In this document: one piece after another, positions 27,802 to 37,984 of the stretch
Position numbering within the stretch: the first letter of the stretch is position 1
Layout: every line of letters starts with the position of its first letter
NCBI RefSeq assembly: GCF_052173895.1
Contig: NZ_JBQMXS010000004.1
Span: 3,960 to 67,959, forward strand
DNA from: Catonella sp.
GTDB lineage: Bacteria > Bacillota > Clostridia > Lachnospirales > Lachnospiraceae
DNA length: 64,000 nucleotides
Reading direction: 5' to 3'
The notes under the pieces: generated by a model
Database searches by the model: none
Seen by the model: only the letters and a program-made list of their open reading frames with translations
Told to the model about the DNA's origin: nothing
Position numbers and translations under genes: made by a program

Positions 27802-28428
27802 ATGAAGAGATTAGGAGTGCTTACAGTAATATCGGGTTTTTCAGGGGTAGGTAAGGGAACTATTGTAAAAAAACTGGTAGCAGAACAGGGATATGCTTTA
27901 TCTATTTCTGCTACTTCGAGGTCTCCGAGAGAGGGAGAAGTACATGGAAGAGAATATTTCTTTTTGACAAGGGATGAGTTTCATAGTATAATAGAGAGTA
28001 ACGGTTTTATAGAGTGGGCTGAATATGTAAGTAATTTTTATGGTACTCCTAAATCATATGTGGAAGAAAGACTTGCAAAAGGGCAGGATGTAATACTTGA
28101 AATAGAGCCTCAGGGAGCATTGAAAGTGAAAGAACAATACCCTGAAGCAGTGCTTATCTTTGTTGTTCCTCCTACTGCAAAGGAGCTTAAAAATAGGCTT
28201 ATAGGAAGGGGTACTGAAGAAATAGGAGTAATAGCTAAGAGACTTAAAAGGGCAGCAGAAGAGACGGAGTATATTAATAACTATGAATATATAGTAGTAA
28301 ATGATGATTTGAATGATGCTATAAATGATATTCACTGCATTATTCAATCGTCTTCTCACAAGAGAGAAAGAACAGTGGATTTCTTGAATGTTTTGAAAGA
28401 GGATTTAAAAAATAGTTTTAATGAGTAA
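27802..28428 (+). CDS. gmk: Guanylate kinase
   Basis: SGFSGVGKGT, SATSRSPREGEVHGREYFF and YGTP motifs. Confidence 0.97.
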   Translation: MKRLGVLTVISGFSGVGKGTIVKKLVAEQGYALSISATSRSPREGEVHGREYFFLTRDEFHSIIESNGFIEWAEYVSNFYGTPKSYVEERLAKGQDVILEIEPQGALKVKEQYPEAVLIFVVPPTAKELKNRLIGRGTEEIGVIAKRLKRAAEETEYINNYEYIVVNDDLNDAINDIHCIIQSSSHKRERTVDFLNVLKEDLKNSFNE

Positions 28429-28520
28429 TTTTATGATACAAGTGTTAAAAGTATAAAAATTCGATGCAAGCTTGCTTGTAAGAGAATCTATTTTATTTAT
28501 AGAAAGGAAGAATAATAATT

Positions 28521-28775
28521 ATGATGTTACATCCATCTTATTCAGACCTTATGAAAGTTGCCAATAAAGATGTGGAAGAGGGCGAAAACAAATTAGTTAA
28601 TAGCCGTTATTCTATAGTGCTTGCTACGGCAAGAAGGGCAAGACAGATTATATCAGGTTCGGAGCCGTATGTGGCTGCCGATGAGAAGAGCAAACCGCTT
28701 TCGATAGCTGTTGAAGAACTTCATCGTGCAAGAGTAAAGATTGTTGGTGGAGAAGAGGCAGAAGCAGAAAAATAA
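28521..28775 (+). CDS. rpoZ: RNA polymerase omega subunit
   Basis: MLHPSY, SRYSIVLATARRARQI and KPLSIAVEE. Follows gmk. Confidence 0.95.
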   Translation: MMLHPSYSDLMKVANKDVEEGENKLVNSRYSIVLATARRARQIISGSEPYVAADEKSKPLSIAVEELHRARVKIVGGEEAEAEK

Positions 28776-28804
28776 GATTTAATGCAAAATAATTGCATAC
28801 AATT

Positions 28805-28847
28805 AAGGGCTGTTGCAGAAAAGGATTATCCAAATGCGACTGCCCTT
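28805..28847. repeat. Imperfect inverted repeat (terminator or REP/IS-end-like element)
   Basis: AAGGGCTGTTGCA...TGCGACTGCCCTT with an internal GGAT-T-ATCC palindrome. Confidence 0.6.
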
Positions 28848-28879
28848 TACCTTTATATGGAGTTAGGAAGGAGCCTATA

Positions 28880-31105
28880 GTGTTTGCAGATGTCATAATT
28901 GGAATTTCAGTAGACAAATTAGATAGGACTTTTAGCTATAGGGTACCAGAAAGTTTAGAAGAGTTTGAGAGTCTTATAGGAACTGAAGTAATAGTGCCTT
29001 TTGGAAGAGGGAATCGAGAAACCAAAGCCTTTATAGTGGATTTAAAAGAGGAAGTCGGTGTAGATGAAAGTCTTATAAAAGATATTTTGAGAAAATCTGA
29101 AGATGGCATTAAGATGGAAACAGGCCTTATTGAACTTGCTTATTGGCTAAAAAGTAATTATGGAGGAACTGTGAATGAGGCTCTACGCTCTGTGTTGCAA
29201 GTACCAAAGAAAATAGAAAGGATTAAGGAAAGAACGGTATCTCTCATAATTGATAGAGAATTGGCATCAATAAAATTAGAAGAGTTTAAGAGAAAGAAAT
29301 ATGTGGCAAAGGCGAGAATTCTTGAAAAGGCGATAGAAGGGGAATTTAATTATGAAGCATTAATAAGGGATAAAACGGCATCATATGTTACCTTTAATTC
29401 GCTGGTAAAAGACGGAATTATTACAATAAAAGAGGAATTATTATATCGAAAACCTATCAAAACAAGTGAAAAAAACATAGAAAAGGTAGAGCTTAATGAT
29501 GAGCAGAAAAATGCAGCAAGTAAAATTATAAATGATTATAATTCTGGAATTTTAGGAAGATACCTATTGTTTGGAGTAACTGGTAGTGGCAAGACAGAAG
29601 TGTATATGGAAATAATGGAAGAGATTATTAGATCAGGTAGGCAGGTAATCTTCCTTATTCCTGAGATTGCGCTTAGTTTTCAAATGGTGGAGAGGCTGTC
29701 TGCGAGATTTGGTGAAAGAATATCAATTATGAATTCAAGGATGTCACAAGGAGAAAGGTATGATCAGTATCTTAGGGCGAAAAATGGTGATATTGATATA
29801 ATTGTAGGGCCAAGATCTGCACTTTTCACTCCATTTAGCAATTTAGGGCTTATAATAGTAGATGAGGAGCATGAGGGAAGTTATAAAAGTTCTAAAACAC
29901 CGAGGTATCATGCCAGGGAAGTGGCGATGTACAGAGCAGAGAAGGAAAATGCCTCTTTAATACTGGGTTCTGCGACACCGAGCCTTGAAGCCGTAAAAAT
30001 GGCAGCAGATAAGAAACTTGAGGTGCTTATGCTGACTGCAAGACCTGCTGGAGCTATGCCGCCGAATATAGAGGTGGTAGATCTTAGGAAAGAGCTTAAA
30101 AATGGAAATAAATCTATCATAAGTATCAGGCTGGCTGAACTTATAAAGGACAGGCTTAATAAAAAGGAGCAGATTATCCTTTTTATTAATAGAAGAGGGT
30201 ATGCAGGTTTTATTTCTTGCAGGAGCTGTGGGGAGGTTGTGAAATGTCCACACTGTGATGTTACATTAACTTTTCACAAACCGGACAGGCTTATTTGTCA
30301 TTATTGTGGTTATGAAAAAACAATGATGGAGAACTGCCCTAAGTGTAGTTCACCCTACATAGGTAAGTTTGGACTTGGAACTGAAAAGGTAGAGGAAGTA
30401 GTAAAGACATCCTTTCCGACTGCAAGGGTGCTTAGGATGGATGGGGACACGACTGCGAAGAAACATAGTCATGAGGAGATTCTTGAGCAATTTAAGAGGG
30501 AAGAAGCAGATATACTTATAGGTACCCAGATGATAGTTAAGGGACATGACTTTGAAAAAGTAACTTTAGTCGGAATTTTGGCAGCTGATTTGTCACTTTT
30601 TATGGGAGACTTTAGGGCGACAGAAACCACATACGAACTTTTGGTACAGGCAGCAGGGAGGGCAGGACGAGGACGGTATAGAGGTGATGTAATTATTCAA
30701 ACCTATAAGCCTGAGCATTATGTGATAAAGGCAGTAGAAACAGGTAATTATAAGGACTTTTACACTAAAGAAATACGGTATAGGAAGTTGGCACAATACC
30801 CTCCGTATAAACATCTGCTTGGAATAATTTTGCTGTCATTAAAGGAGTCGGAAGTAAATAAGGGAAGTGAACTGGTATATAATTTTCTTGCTGAAAACAA
30901 CGAAAATAACTTTTATCTAAGTCGCCCGATTTGGGCAGTTATTCCAAAGATAAAAGATACATATAGGAAGATTATATACTTAAAGTCAGAAGATAGGGAA
31001 GCGCTTGTGAGGGCAAAAGATTTGGTAGAAAAATATATAAAGGAGAGTACGGAATTTAGTAAAGTAGGTTTACAATTTGATTTTGAGCCACATGGTAATC
31101 CATAA
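28880..31105 (+). CDS. priA: Primosomal protein N'
   Basis: GVTGSGKTEVY, IIVDEEHE, GSATPS, Cys-rich CRSC..CPHC..CHYC..CPKC and GTQMIVKGHDF. GTG start after AGGAAGGAG. Confidence 0.97.
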   Translation: MFADVIIGISVDKLDRTFSYRVPESLEEFESLIGTEVIVPFGRGNRETKAFIVDLKEEVGVDESLIKDILRKSEDGIKMETGLIELAYWLKSNYGGTVNEALRSVLQVPKKIERIKERTVSLIIDRELASIKLEEFKRKKYVAKARILEKAIEGEFNYEALIRDKTASYVTFNSLVKDGIITIKEELLYRKPIKTSEKNIEKVELNDEQKNAASKIINDYNSGILGRYLLFGVTGSGKTEVYMEIMEEIIRSGRQVIFLIPEIALSFQMVERLSARFGERISIMNSRMSQGERYDQYLRAKNGDIDIIVGPRSALFTPFSNLGLIIVDEEHEGSYKSSKTPRYHAREVAMYRAEKENASLILGSATPSLEAVKMAADKKLEVLMLTARPAGAMPPNIEVVDLRKELKNGNKSIISIRLAELIKDRLNKKEQIILFINRRGYAGFISCRSCGEVVKCPHCDVTLTFHKPDRLICHYCGYEKTMMENCPKCSSPYIGKFGLGTEKVEEVVKTSFPTARVLRMDGDTTAKKHSHEEILEQFKREEADILIGTQMIVKGHDFEKVTLVGILAADLSLFMGDFRATETTYELLVQAAGRAGRGRYRGDVIIQTYKPEHYVIKAVETGNYKDFYTKEIRYRKLAQYPPYKHLLGIILLSLKESEVNKGSELVYNFLAENNENNFYLSRPIWAVIPKIKDTYRKIIYLKSEDREALVRAKDLVEKYIKESTEFSKVGLQFDFEPHGNP

Positions 31106-31262
31106 ACTTTACAGAGGCTATGCTTGATGGTATAATATTAAGTATATGAAAAATAGAGTATGTACAGTATGTATAGGCTGATTTTGATATTTTAAAAGAA
31201 TTTTAATAAATTTTTTAAGTTTAGTTGAAAGTAAAATAATAAATTTAAGATATAATGGAGGA

Positions 31263-31793
31263 ATGATGGCACTTAGAAATATTAGAACTGTTGGGGATGA
31301 TATACTTAATAAAAGAGCTAGAGAGATAAAGGAAAATTCAGATAAAATACAGACATTAATAGATGATATGCTTGAAACTATGTACGATGCTGATGGAGTA
31401 GGGCTTGCAGCACCTCAGGTAGGAGTGCTTAAAAGGATTTTTGTAATTGACTGCTCAGAAGAGAGAAACGAGCCTTTTGTTTTTATTAATCCTGAAATTC
31501 TTGAAACAAAGGGAGAGCAGACGGGAAGTGAAGGCTGTTTGAGCGTTCCTGGAAAAGCAGGGATAGTTACAAGGCCTGATTATGTTAAAATGAAGGCGTT
31601 AAACAGAAACTTTGAAGAGTTTATAGTTGAGGGCGAGGGACTTTTTGCAAGAGCTATGATACATGAGAATGAGCATTTGGATGGACATATATATACAGAA
31701 AAAGTCATAGGAAACACATACAATGTAGGAGATGATGAGGCGGAAAGAGCTGCGGAGATAGCAGCAGGGCTTGCAGTAGAAGAGGAGAAATAA
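31263..31793 (+). CDS. def: Peptide deformylase
   Basis: GVGLAAPQVG, EGCLSVP and HENEHLDG motifs. Confidence 0.97.
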   Translation: MMALRNIRTVGDDILNKRAREIKENSDKIQTLIDDMLETMYDADGVGLAAPQVGVLKRIFVIDCSEERNEPFVFINPEILETKGEQTGSEGCLSVPGKAGIVTRPDYVKMKALNRNFEEFIVEGEGLFARAMIHENEHLDGHIYTEKVIGNTYNVGDDEAERAAEIAAGLAVEEEK

Positions 31794-32734
31794 TGAAAAT
31801 AATTTTTATGGGTACGCCCGATTTTGCAGAGACTTCTCTTGCAGCACTTATTAGCTCAGAACATGAAGTACTTGCTGTTGTAACTCAGCCTGATAAGCCA
31901 AAGGGAAGGAAGGGTGAGCTTACACCCTCTCCGGTTAAGGTTTTGGCAATGAAACATAACTTAACGGTTCATCAGCCTGTAAAGGTTAGAGAACCTGAGT
32001 TTGTAGAAATGCTTAAGGAATATAATCCAGATGTAATAGTAGTAGTTGCATTTGGACAGATTATACCTGAAAGTATACTTAAGATACCTAAATATGGTTG
32101 TGTGAACATACATGGCTCTTTACTTCCTAAGTATAGAGGGGCAGCTCCTATTCAGTGGGCGGTGCTTGATGGTGAAAAAGAAACAGGCATTACATCTATG
32201 CTGATGGATAAAGGGCTTGATACAGGAGATATACTTCTTAAAAAGGTCATTCCTATTGCAGAAGATGAAACTTCAGGTAGCCTTTTTGAAAAGATGATGT
32301 GTTTGGGAGCAGATACTCTTTTAGAAACCCTTAACGGTATTGAAAAAGGTGAGATAAAGCCTGAAAAACAGGGAGAGAGTCCTACTGAATATGCGAAAAT
32401 GCTTACTAAGAGCATGGGACTTATAGATTTTACAAAGTCGGCTTTTGAACTTGACTGCTTTGTAAGGGGAATGAATCCTTGGCCAAGTGCATACACTATA
32501 TTTGAGGGGAAAACACTAAAAATTTGGAAAGCAAAAGTTGTAGAGGAAAAAGGAAAGGCAGGAAGTATAGCGAGAGTTAATAAGGACAGCTTTATGGTAT
32601 ATTGTGGCAGAGATGCCCTTGAAGTTTTTGAAGTACAGCTTGAAGGTAAGAAGAGAATGTCTGCCGGTGACTTCCTTAAAGGAACACATCTTGAAGTAGG
32701 GCAGGAATTTGGAGGCGAATTTGGCGGTAAATGA
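31793..32734 (+). CDS. fmt: Methionyl-tRNA formyltransferase
   Basis: FMGTPDFA, VTQPD and NIHGSLLPKYRGAAPIQW motifs. Confidence 0.97.
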   Translation: MKIIFMGTPDFAETSLAALISSEHEVLAVVTQPDKPKGRKGELTPSPVKVLAMKHNLTVHQPVKVREPEFVEMLKEYNPDVIVVVAFGQIIPESILKIPKYGCVNIHGSLLPKYRGAAPIQWAVLDGEKETGITSMLMDKGLDTGDILLKKVIPIAEDETSGSLFEKMMCLGADTLLETLNGIEKGEIKPEKQGESPTEYAKMLTKSMGLIDFTKSAFELDCFVRGMNPWPSAYTIFEGKTLKIWKAKVVEEKGKAGSIARVNKDSFMVYCGRDALEVFEVQLEGKKRMSAGDFLKGTHLEVGQEFGGEFGGK

Positions 32735-34088
32735 AAGAGAAATTGTGCTTGATATGTTTCTCATGTTAGCAGAGGGCAAGCCGGGACATCTTGTACTTAA
32801 GGATGTACTGGATGGATATTTGTATCTGGAAAAGTCTTCAAGAGGCTTTATTACGAGGCTGTATGAAGGGACAATAGAAAAAAGGATATACCTTGATTAT
32901 ATTATTGACAGTTTTTCTAAAACTCCGGTTACGAAGATGAAACCCATTATTAAGATATTGATTGAGAACGCAGTGTATCAGCTGTTTTTTATGGATAGAG
33001 TTCCGGACAGTGCAGCTATAAATGAGGCAGTGAAGTTGGCTAAGAAAAGAGGGCTTTCAGGGCTTTCGGGTTTTGTAAATGGAGTGCTTAGAAATATAGC
33101 CAGAAATAAAGACAGCATAAGCTTACCGAATAAAGATGAGGATTTAGTTAAATATTTTGAGATAAAATATTCTATGCCGACTGAACTTGTTAAACATTTC
33201 ATAGGGGAATATGGTGAGGTTAAGGCGGTAGAAATATTTGAAACATTCGAGAAAAAGCAGCCTATAACAGCAAGGGTGAATATTTATAAAAATTCAAGAG
33301 AAGAGATTGTTAAAAAACTAACAAAAGAAGAAGTTAAGGTAAGCACAGATACAGTTTTTCCGGAAAGCATTAAGATACTTGAACTTGACAGCTTGAGTTT
33401 TTTGGAAAGCTTTGAAGATGGGGACTTTGTTATTCAGGATGAAAGTTCGCAGTTTATAGGTAAGATAGGTGAACTTTCTGATAATGCCTCAGTACTTGAC
33501 CTTTGTGCAGCTCCGGGAGGAAAAAGCCTTTTAATTGCTGAACAATCTGAATCAAAAGAAGTTATATCTTGTGATTTGTCAGAGGAAAAAATAGCTCTAA
33601 TAGAAGATAATATAAATCGTACAAAAGCAGGTAAGATTAAGACTGTAATAAATGATGCAACAGTATTTAATCCTGATTTTAAGGAGGGGTTTGATTTGGT
33701 TATCTGTGACCTGCCTTGTTCAGGACTGGGAGTTATTGGCAGAAAGAGGGATATAAAATACAATATTACAAGAGAGAAGATGATAGCGCTTGCAAAATTA
33801 CAGAGAAGTATTTTAGAAAATGCAAGGCAGTATGTGAAAAAGGGTGGCTATCTGATATTTTCTACCTGTACTATGAGTAAGATAGAAAATGAGGAAAATT
33901 TTAAATTTATTTCAGAATTTGATGGCTTTTCACCGATGGATTTTTCAGATAAAATAAGAGAGTATATAGCAAGATACAAAGTTTGTGACAGGCTTTTGGA
34001 AGAGGCTAAGAGAGGTTATATAAGGTTGATTCCAGGTGAACTGGGAACAGATGGTTTTTTTATTTCAGAATTTATGAGGGAAGAATAA
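32721..34088 (+). CDS. rsmB: 16S rRNA m5C967 methyltransferase (Sun)
   Basis: NusB-like N-terminus (FVNGVLRNI), DLCAAPGGKS, DLPCSGLG and STCT. Likely TTG start after GGAGG. Confidence 0.95.
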   Translation: MAVNEREIVLDMFLMLAEGKPGHLVLKDVLDGYLYLEKSSRGFITRLYEGTIEKRIYLDYIIDSFSKTPVTKMKPIIKILIENAVYQLFFMDRVPDSAAINEAVKLAKKRGLSGLSGFVNGVLRNIARNKDSISLPNKDEDLVKYFEIKYSMPTELVKHFIGEYGEVKAVEIFETFEKKQPITARVNIYKNSREEIVKKLTKEEVKVSTDTVFPESIKILELDSLSFLESFEDGDFVIQDESSQFIGKIGELSDNASVLDLCAAPGGKSLLIAEQSESKEVISCDLSEEKIALIEDNINRTKAGKIKTVINDATVFNPDFKEGFDLVICDLPCSGLGVIGRKRDIKYNITREKMIALAKLQRSILENARQYVKKGGYLIFSTCTMSKIENEENFKFISEFDGFSPMDFSDKIREYIARYKVCDRLLEEAKRGYIRLIPGELGTDGFFISEFMREE

Positions 34089-34089
34089 G

Positions 34090-35133
34090 TTGACTAATGC
34101 AAGAGATGATATTGTAAGCCTGAATTTTCAAGAAGTTAAAGACTTGATAAAGGAACTTGGAGAGCCTGCATTTAGGGCAAAGCAAATTTATGAGTGGATA
34201 CATAAAAAGCTGGTAAGAGACTATGATGAGATGACAAATGTTCCACAGAAACTTAAGGCTATGCTTATGGAGAGATTGCCTTTTCCTGAAATTGAGGAAG
34301 TGGCAAGAAGAGATTCAGCTTCAGGAGATACCTCTAAGTTTGTATTCAAACTTTATGATGGCTATGTGATTGAAAGTGTACTCATGAAATACAGATATGG
34401 TAATTCAGTCTGTATCTCCTCGCAGGTGGGTTGTAGGATGGGATGTACATTTTGTGCATCAACCCTTATGGGACTTTCAAGACAGCTTGCACCCTCCGAA
34501 ATGCTTTCTCAGATATATACTATACAAAGGGAAACAGGTGAACGGGTAAGCAATGTAGTAGTTATGGGTACAGGAGAACCGCTTGATAATTTTGATAATC
34601 TTATAAAATTTATAGAACTTTTGACAGATGAAAATGGGTTAAATATAAGTCAGAGGAACATTACGGTTTCTACCTGTGGGCTTACAGAAAATATAAAAAA
34701 ATTGGCTGATAAAAAATTGGGAATTACATTGGCAATTTCTTTACACGCACCTACGGATGATGAAAGAAAGAGAATAATGCCGATAGCTAACAAATATACT
34801 ATATCTGAAATTTTGGAGGCGACAGATTATTATTTTGAAAAGACAGGAAGAAGAATTTCTTATGAATATGGCTTGATTGATGGAGAAAATGACAGTACAA
34901 TTAATGCAGAAAAGCTGTCAGCTTTATTAAAGGGAAAAAACTGCCATGTGAATTTAATTCCAATCAACCCTATAAAAGAGAGAACTTATAAAAGTTCAAC
35001 TCCTAAAGGAGTAATAAGATTTAAAAAAGTACTTGAAAATAAGGGGATAAATGTTACTATTAGGGAAGAGATGGGACGTGATATAGATGCTGCATGTGGG
35101 CAGCTACGCAAGGAATATATGGATAGGCAGTAA
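34090..35133 (+). CDS. rlmN: Dual-specificity RNA methyltransferase RlmN (radical SAM)
   Basis: CISSQVGCRMGCTFCAS, MGTGEPL and DIDAACGQL motifs. Confidence 0.97.
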   Translation: MTNARDDIVSLNFQEVKDLIKELGEPAFRAKQIYEWIHKKLVRDYDEMTNVPQKLKAMLMERLPFPEIEEVARRDSASGDTSKFVFKLYDGYVIESVLMKYRYGNSVCISSQVGCRMGCTFCASTLMGLSRQLAPSEMLSQIYTIQRETGERVSNVVVMGTGEPLDNFDNLIKFIELLTDENGLNISQRNITVSTCGLTENIKKLADKKLGITLAISLHAPTDDERKRIMPIANKYTISEILEATDYYFEKTGRRISYEYGLIDGENDSTINAEKLSALLKGKNCHVNLIPINPIKERTYKSSTPKGVIRFKKVLENKGINVTIREEMGRDIDAACGQLRKEYMDRQ

Positions 35134-35160
35134 TAAATGTATAGAAGGGAGAGCACATAG

Positions 35161-35883
35161 ATGAAAACATTTTCTGAAACTAGGGCTGGAATAAACAGAA
35201 AAGTGAATCAGGATTGTTTTTTATGTGAAGAAGAGGCAGTAGGTGACTTGCCAAATCTGTTCATAGTGGCAGATGGAATGGGGGGCTACAATGGGGGAGA
35301 CTTTGCCTCAAAATTTTGCATAGAAAATGTAAAAAATCATATTGTTAATGGTAAGGGAAATTCTATAATTTCTTCTATTAGGTCAGCTATAAAGGCTGCA
35401 AATGAAGGAATTAGAGAAAAAAGTAGGATGGATGAAGGGCTTAGAGGATGTGGTACTACAGCTGTACTGGCTACCATTAAAGATGATATTTTATATATTG
35501 CAAATGTAGGAGATTCAAGACTGTATGTACTTCAAAAGGGCAGATTATCTCAGATTACGGAAGATCATTCTGTAGTTGAGGAGATGATTAAGAGAGGGAT
35601 ATTAAGAAGAGAAGAGGCAAGATTTAATTCTAATAAGAATAAGGTGACAAGGGCGCTTGGTGCAGAACCTGAAATTGAAATAGACTTTTTTGAGGTTAAG
35701 CTTGAAAAAGGAGACAGAGTAATGCTGTGTTCTGATGGAGTTTCTAATATGATGGATGAAAGGACTCTGGAAGAGATAATAGGTGATGACAAGGAATTGT
35801 CAGAAATTTGTAGGATACTAATAGAAACTGCTGTGAATAATGGTGGCAAAGATGATGCAACAGTAGTGATGATAGAGGTGTGA
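35161..35883 (+). CDS. stp1: PP2C-type Ser/Thr phosphatase (Stp1/PrpC)
   Basis: R..NQD, VADGMGG, GTT, NVGDSR, CSDG and GGKDD motifs. Confidence 0.93.
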   Translation: MKTFSETRAGINRKVNQDCFLCEEEAVGDLPNLFIVADGMGGYNGGDFASKFCIENVKNHIVNGKGNSIISSIRSAIKAANEGIREKSRMDEGLRGCGTTAVLATIKDDILYIANVGDSRLYVLQKGRLSQITEDHSVVEEMIKRGILRREEARFNSNKNKVTRALGAEPEIEIDFFEVKLEKGDRVMLCSDGVSNMMDERTLEEIIGDDKELSEICRILIETAVNNGGKDDATVVMIEV

Positions 35884-35884
35884 T

Positions 35885-37984
35885 ATGTTAAATAAAGGCA
35901 GACTGATAGGTGAAAGATATGAGATAATCAGCATAGTTGGTTCAGGTGGTATGGCTGATGTTTATAATGCTACAGACAACAGGTTGAACAGGCAGGTAGC
36001 AATAAAAGTTCTTAAAGAGGAGTATGGCTCAGATAAGAATTTCGTGCTAAAGTTTATGGCTGAAGCACAGTCGGCAGCAGGACTTTCCCATCCTAACATT
36101 GTAAATGTGTATGATGTAGGAGAAGATGAAGGACTTCATTATATTGTAATGGAATTGGTTGAGGGTATAACTCTTAAGAAATTCATAGAGAGAAAGGGTA
36201 AGCTGGAGCTTAAAGAAGCGGTAGGAATAGCCATTCAAATAGCACAGGGAATGGAAGCTGCTCATGCAAACCATATTATTCATAGGGATATAAAACCACA
36301 GAACATTATTATTTCAAAAGAAGGTAAGGTAAAGGTTACTGATTTTGGAATAGCTAAAGCGGCTACTTCAAATACCATAGCGGCCGGACAGGCAGTAGGC
36401 TCAGTTCATTATATTTCTCCGGAGCAGGCAAGGGGGGGCTATTCAGATGAAAAGAGTGATATATATTCGCTTGGAGTTACTCTTTATGAGATGATATCCG
36501 GTAAGATGCCATTTGCAGCTGATAATATGGTTTCGGTTGCACTTTTACATATAAACGAAGAAGCTGTCCCTTTGAGGGAGATAGATGCTGATATTCCTGT
36601 AAGCATCGAGAAAATAGTTCAGAAGTGTATGCAGAAAAAACCTGAGCGAAGATATATGACTGCTACAGAACTAATATCAGATTTACGAAAGGCAGTGGCT
36701 GAGCCGGAAGGAGATTATGTAAGCTTTAATCAAGCAGTTGTTACTGATTCACCTACGATTAATATTTCTGGAGAGGAGTTGGAGGCTATTAGAAAAGGAA
36801 GATTTAATAGTGAAAATAATAAGATGAAAGAAAATGTAAAAAAACATGAGCCTCGTGAAATTAGAGAACTTCCAGAGGATGAAGAAGAGGCAATGGATCC
36901 TAAAATTGAAAAGCTGATTCTTTTTGGAGGAATAGCTGCTATAGTAATACTTGCCGCTGTGGTTATAGCACTTTTAGTAAAAGGATTTAACTTGTTTGGT
37001 AAGAGTGATGACAGTTCAAAACTTCCATCTAGTTCAGTGGTGTCAAGCAAAATTATATCAGGTTCATCAGTGGTGTCTGAAGTTCCATCTAAGTCCTCTG
37101 TGATAGTTGTGCCTGCAGTTAAGGGTCATACTCTTGCTGAGGCAATTACAATGCTTTCTGAGGCAGGCATTACTAATTATAGATTTGAATATAAGAATTC
37201 AAGAGAATTTAAGAAAGAAGATGTAATGGATGTAATTCCGGCAGAAGGTTCTGAAATCAGTAGAGATGATGAGGTTGTAGTATCTGTAAGTAAGGGCGAT
37301 GATAGTCAAGTTGTTCCTGAAATAAGAAATACTTCTAAGGAAACTGCTGTTGCAACTCTTGAAGGAATGAAGTTTGTAGTAAAGACGCAGGAAAAGCCAA
37401 GTGATACGGTGGAAGAAGGCAAGGTTATTGAAACTATTCCTGCTATCGGAACTGAGGTTAAGGAAGGAGATACCATAACAGTGGTAGTAAGTACAGGTCC
37501 GGAGAACAAGAATAAGTTGGTTCCAAATGTGATTGAGAAAACTGAAGAGGAAGCAACAAAAGCTCTTAATGAAGCCGGATTTAAGGTATCTATTGCTTAT
37601 AAAGAAGACGATAGGATAGAAAAGGGAAAGGTTATAAGCCAAAGTATAGCAGGTGGTAATGAGGCTGAAACAGGAAAAACGATAGTTTTAAGTATAAGTA
37701 AAGGGCCTAAGCCTGTAACTTACACATACTCTACATCGCTCACCATAGATGAGAATCCATTTGCAGACAGTGATGAGAGTGGAGATATAGAAGTGAAAAT
37801 GGATCAGGATGGCAAAACAAAGACGATTTACTCAGATAATTTAACTTATGATGATTTTCCACTTCATATTGACGACATAACAGGGACAAGTGATAGTGAG
37901 GCTGTATGCTACATGGTAGTGGATGGTCAGGTTTATGATGGAAAAGTATGGCGTATAACCAATTGGAATAAGGCTGAAAATTGA
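35885..37984 (+). CDS. pknB: PASTA-domain Ser/Thr kinase (PknB/PrkC)
   Basis: GSGGMADVY, VAIK, HRDIKPQN, DFGIA and YISPEQ, then a TM helix and about 3 PASTA repeats (VP.V.G...A...L...G). Confidence 0.95.
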   Translation: MLNKGRLIGERYEIISIVGSGGMADVYNATDNRLNRQVAIKVLKEEYGSDKNFVLKFMAEAQSAAGLSHPNIVNVYDVGEDEGLHYIVMELVEGITLKKFIERKGKLELKEAVGIAIQIAQGMEAAHANHIIHRDIKPQNIIISKEGKVKVTDFGIAKAATSNTIAAGQAVGSVHYISPEQARGGYSDEKSDIYSLGVTLYEMISGKMPFAADNMVSVALLHINEEAVPLREIDADIPVSIEKIVQKCMQKKPERRYMTATELISDLRKAVAEPEGDYVSFNQAVVTDSPTINISGEELEAIRKGRFNSENNKMKENVKKHEPREIRELPEDEEEAMDPKIEKLILFGGIAAIVILAAVVIALLVKGFNLFGKSDDSSKLPSSSVVSSKIISGSSVVSEVPSKSSVIVVPAVKGHTLAEAITMLSEAGITNYRFEYKNSREFKKEDVMDVIPAEGSEISRDDEVVVSVSKGDDSQVVPEIRNTSKETAVATLEGMKFVVKTQEKPSDTVEEGKVIETIPAIGTEVKEGDTITVVVSTGPENKNKLVPNVIEKTEEEATKALNEAGFKVSIAYKEDDRIEKGKVISQSIAGGNEAETGKTIVLSISKGPKPVTYTYSTSLTIDENPFADSDESGDIEVKMDQDGKTKTIYSDNLTYDDFPLHIDDITGTSDSEAVCYMVVDGQVYDGKVWRITNWNKAEN

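Noticed and set aside
28793..28879. Cys-rich N-terminal extension of PriA in the ORF track
   Set aside because: It overlaps an intergenic hairpin. A GTG at 28880 with an AGGAAGGAG SD gives the canonical PriA N-terminus.
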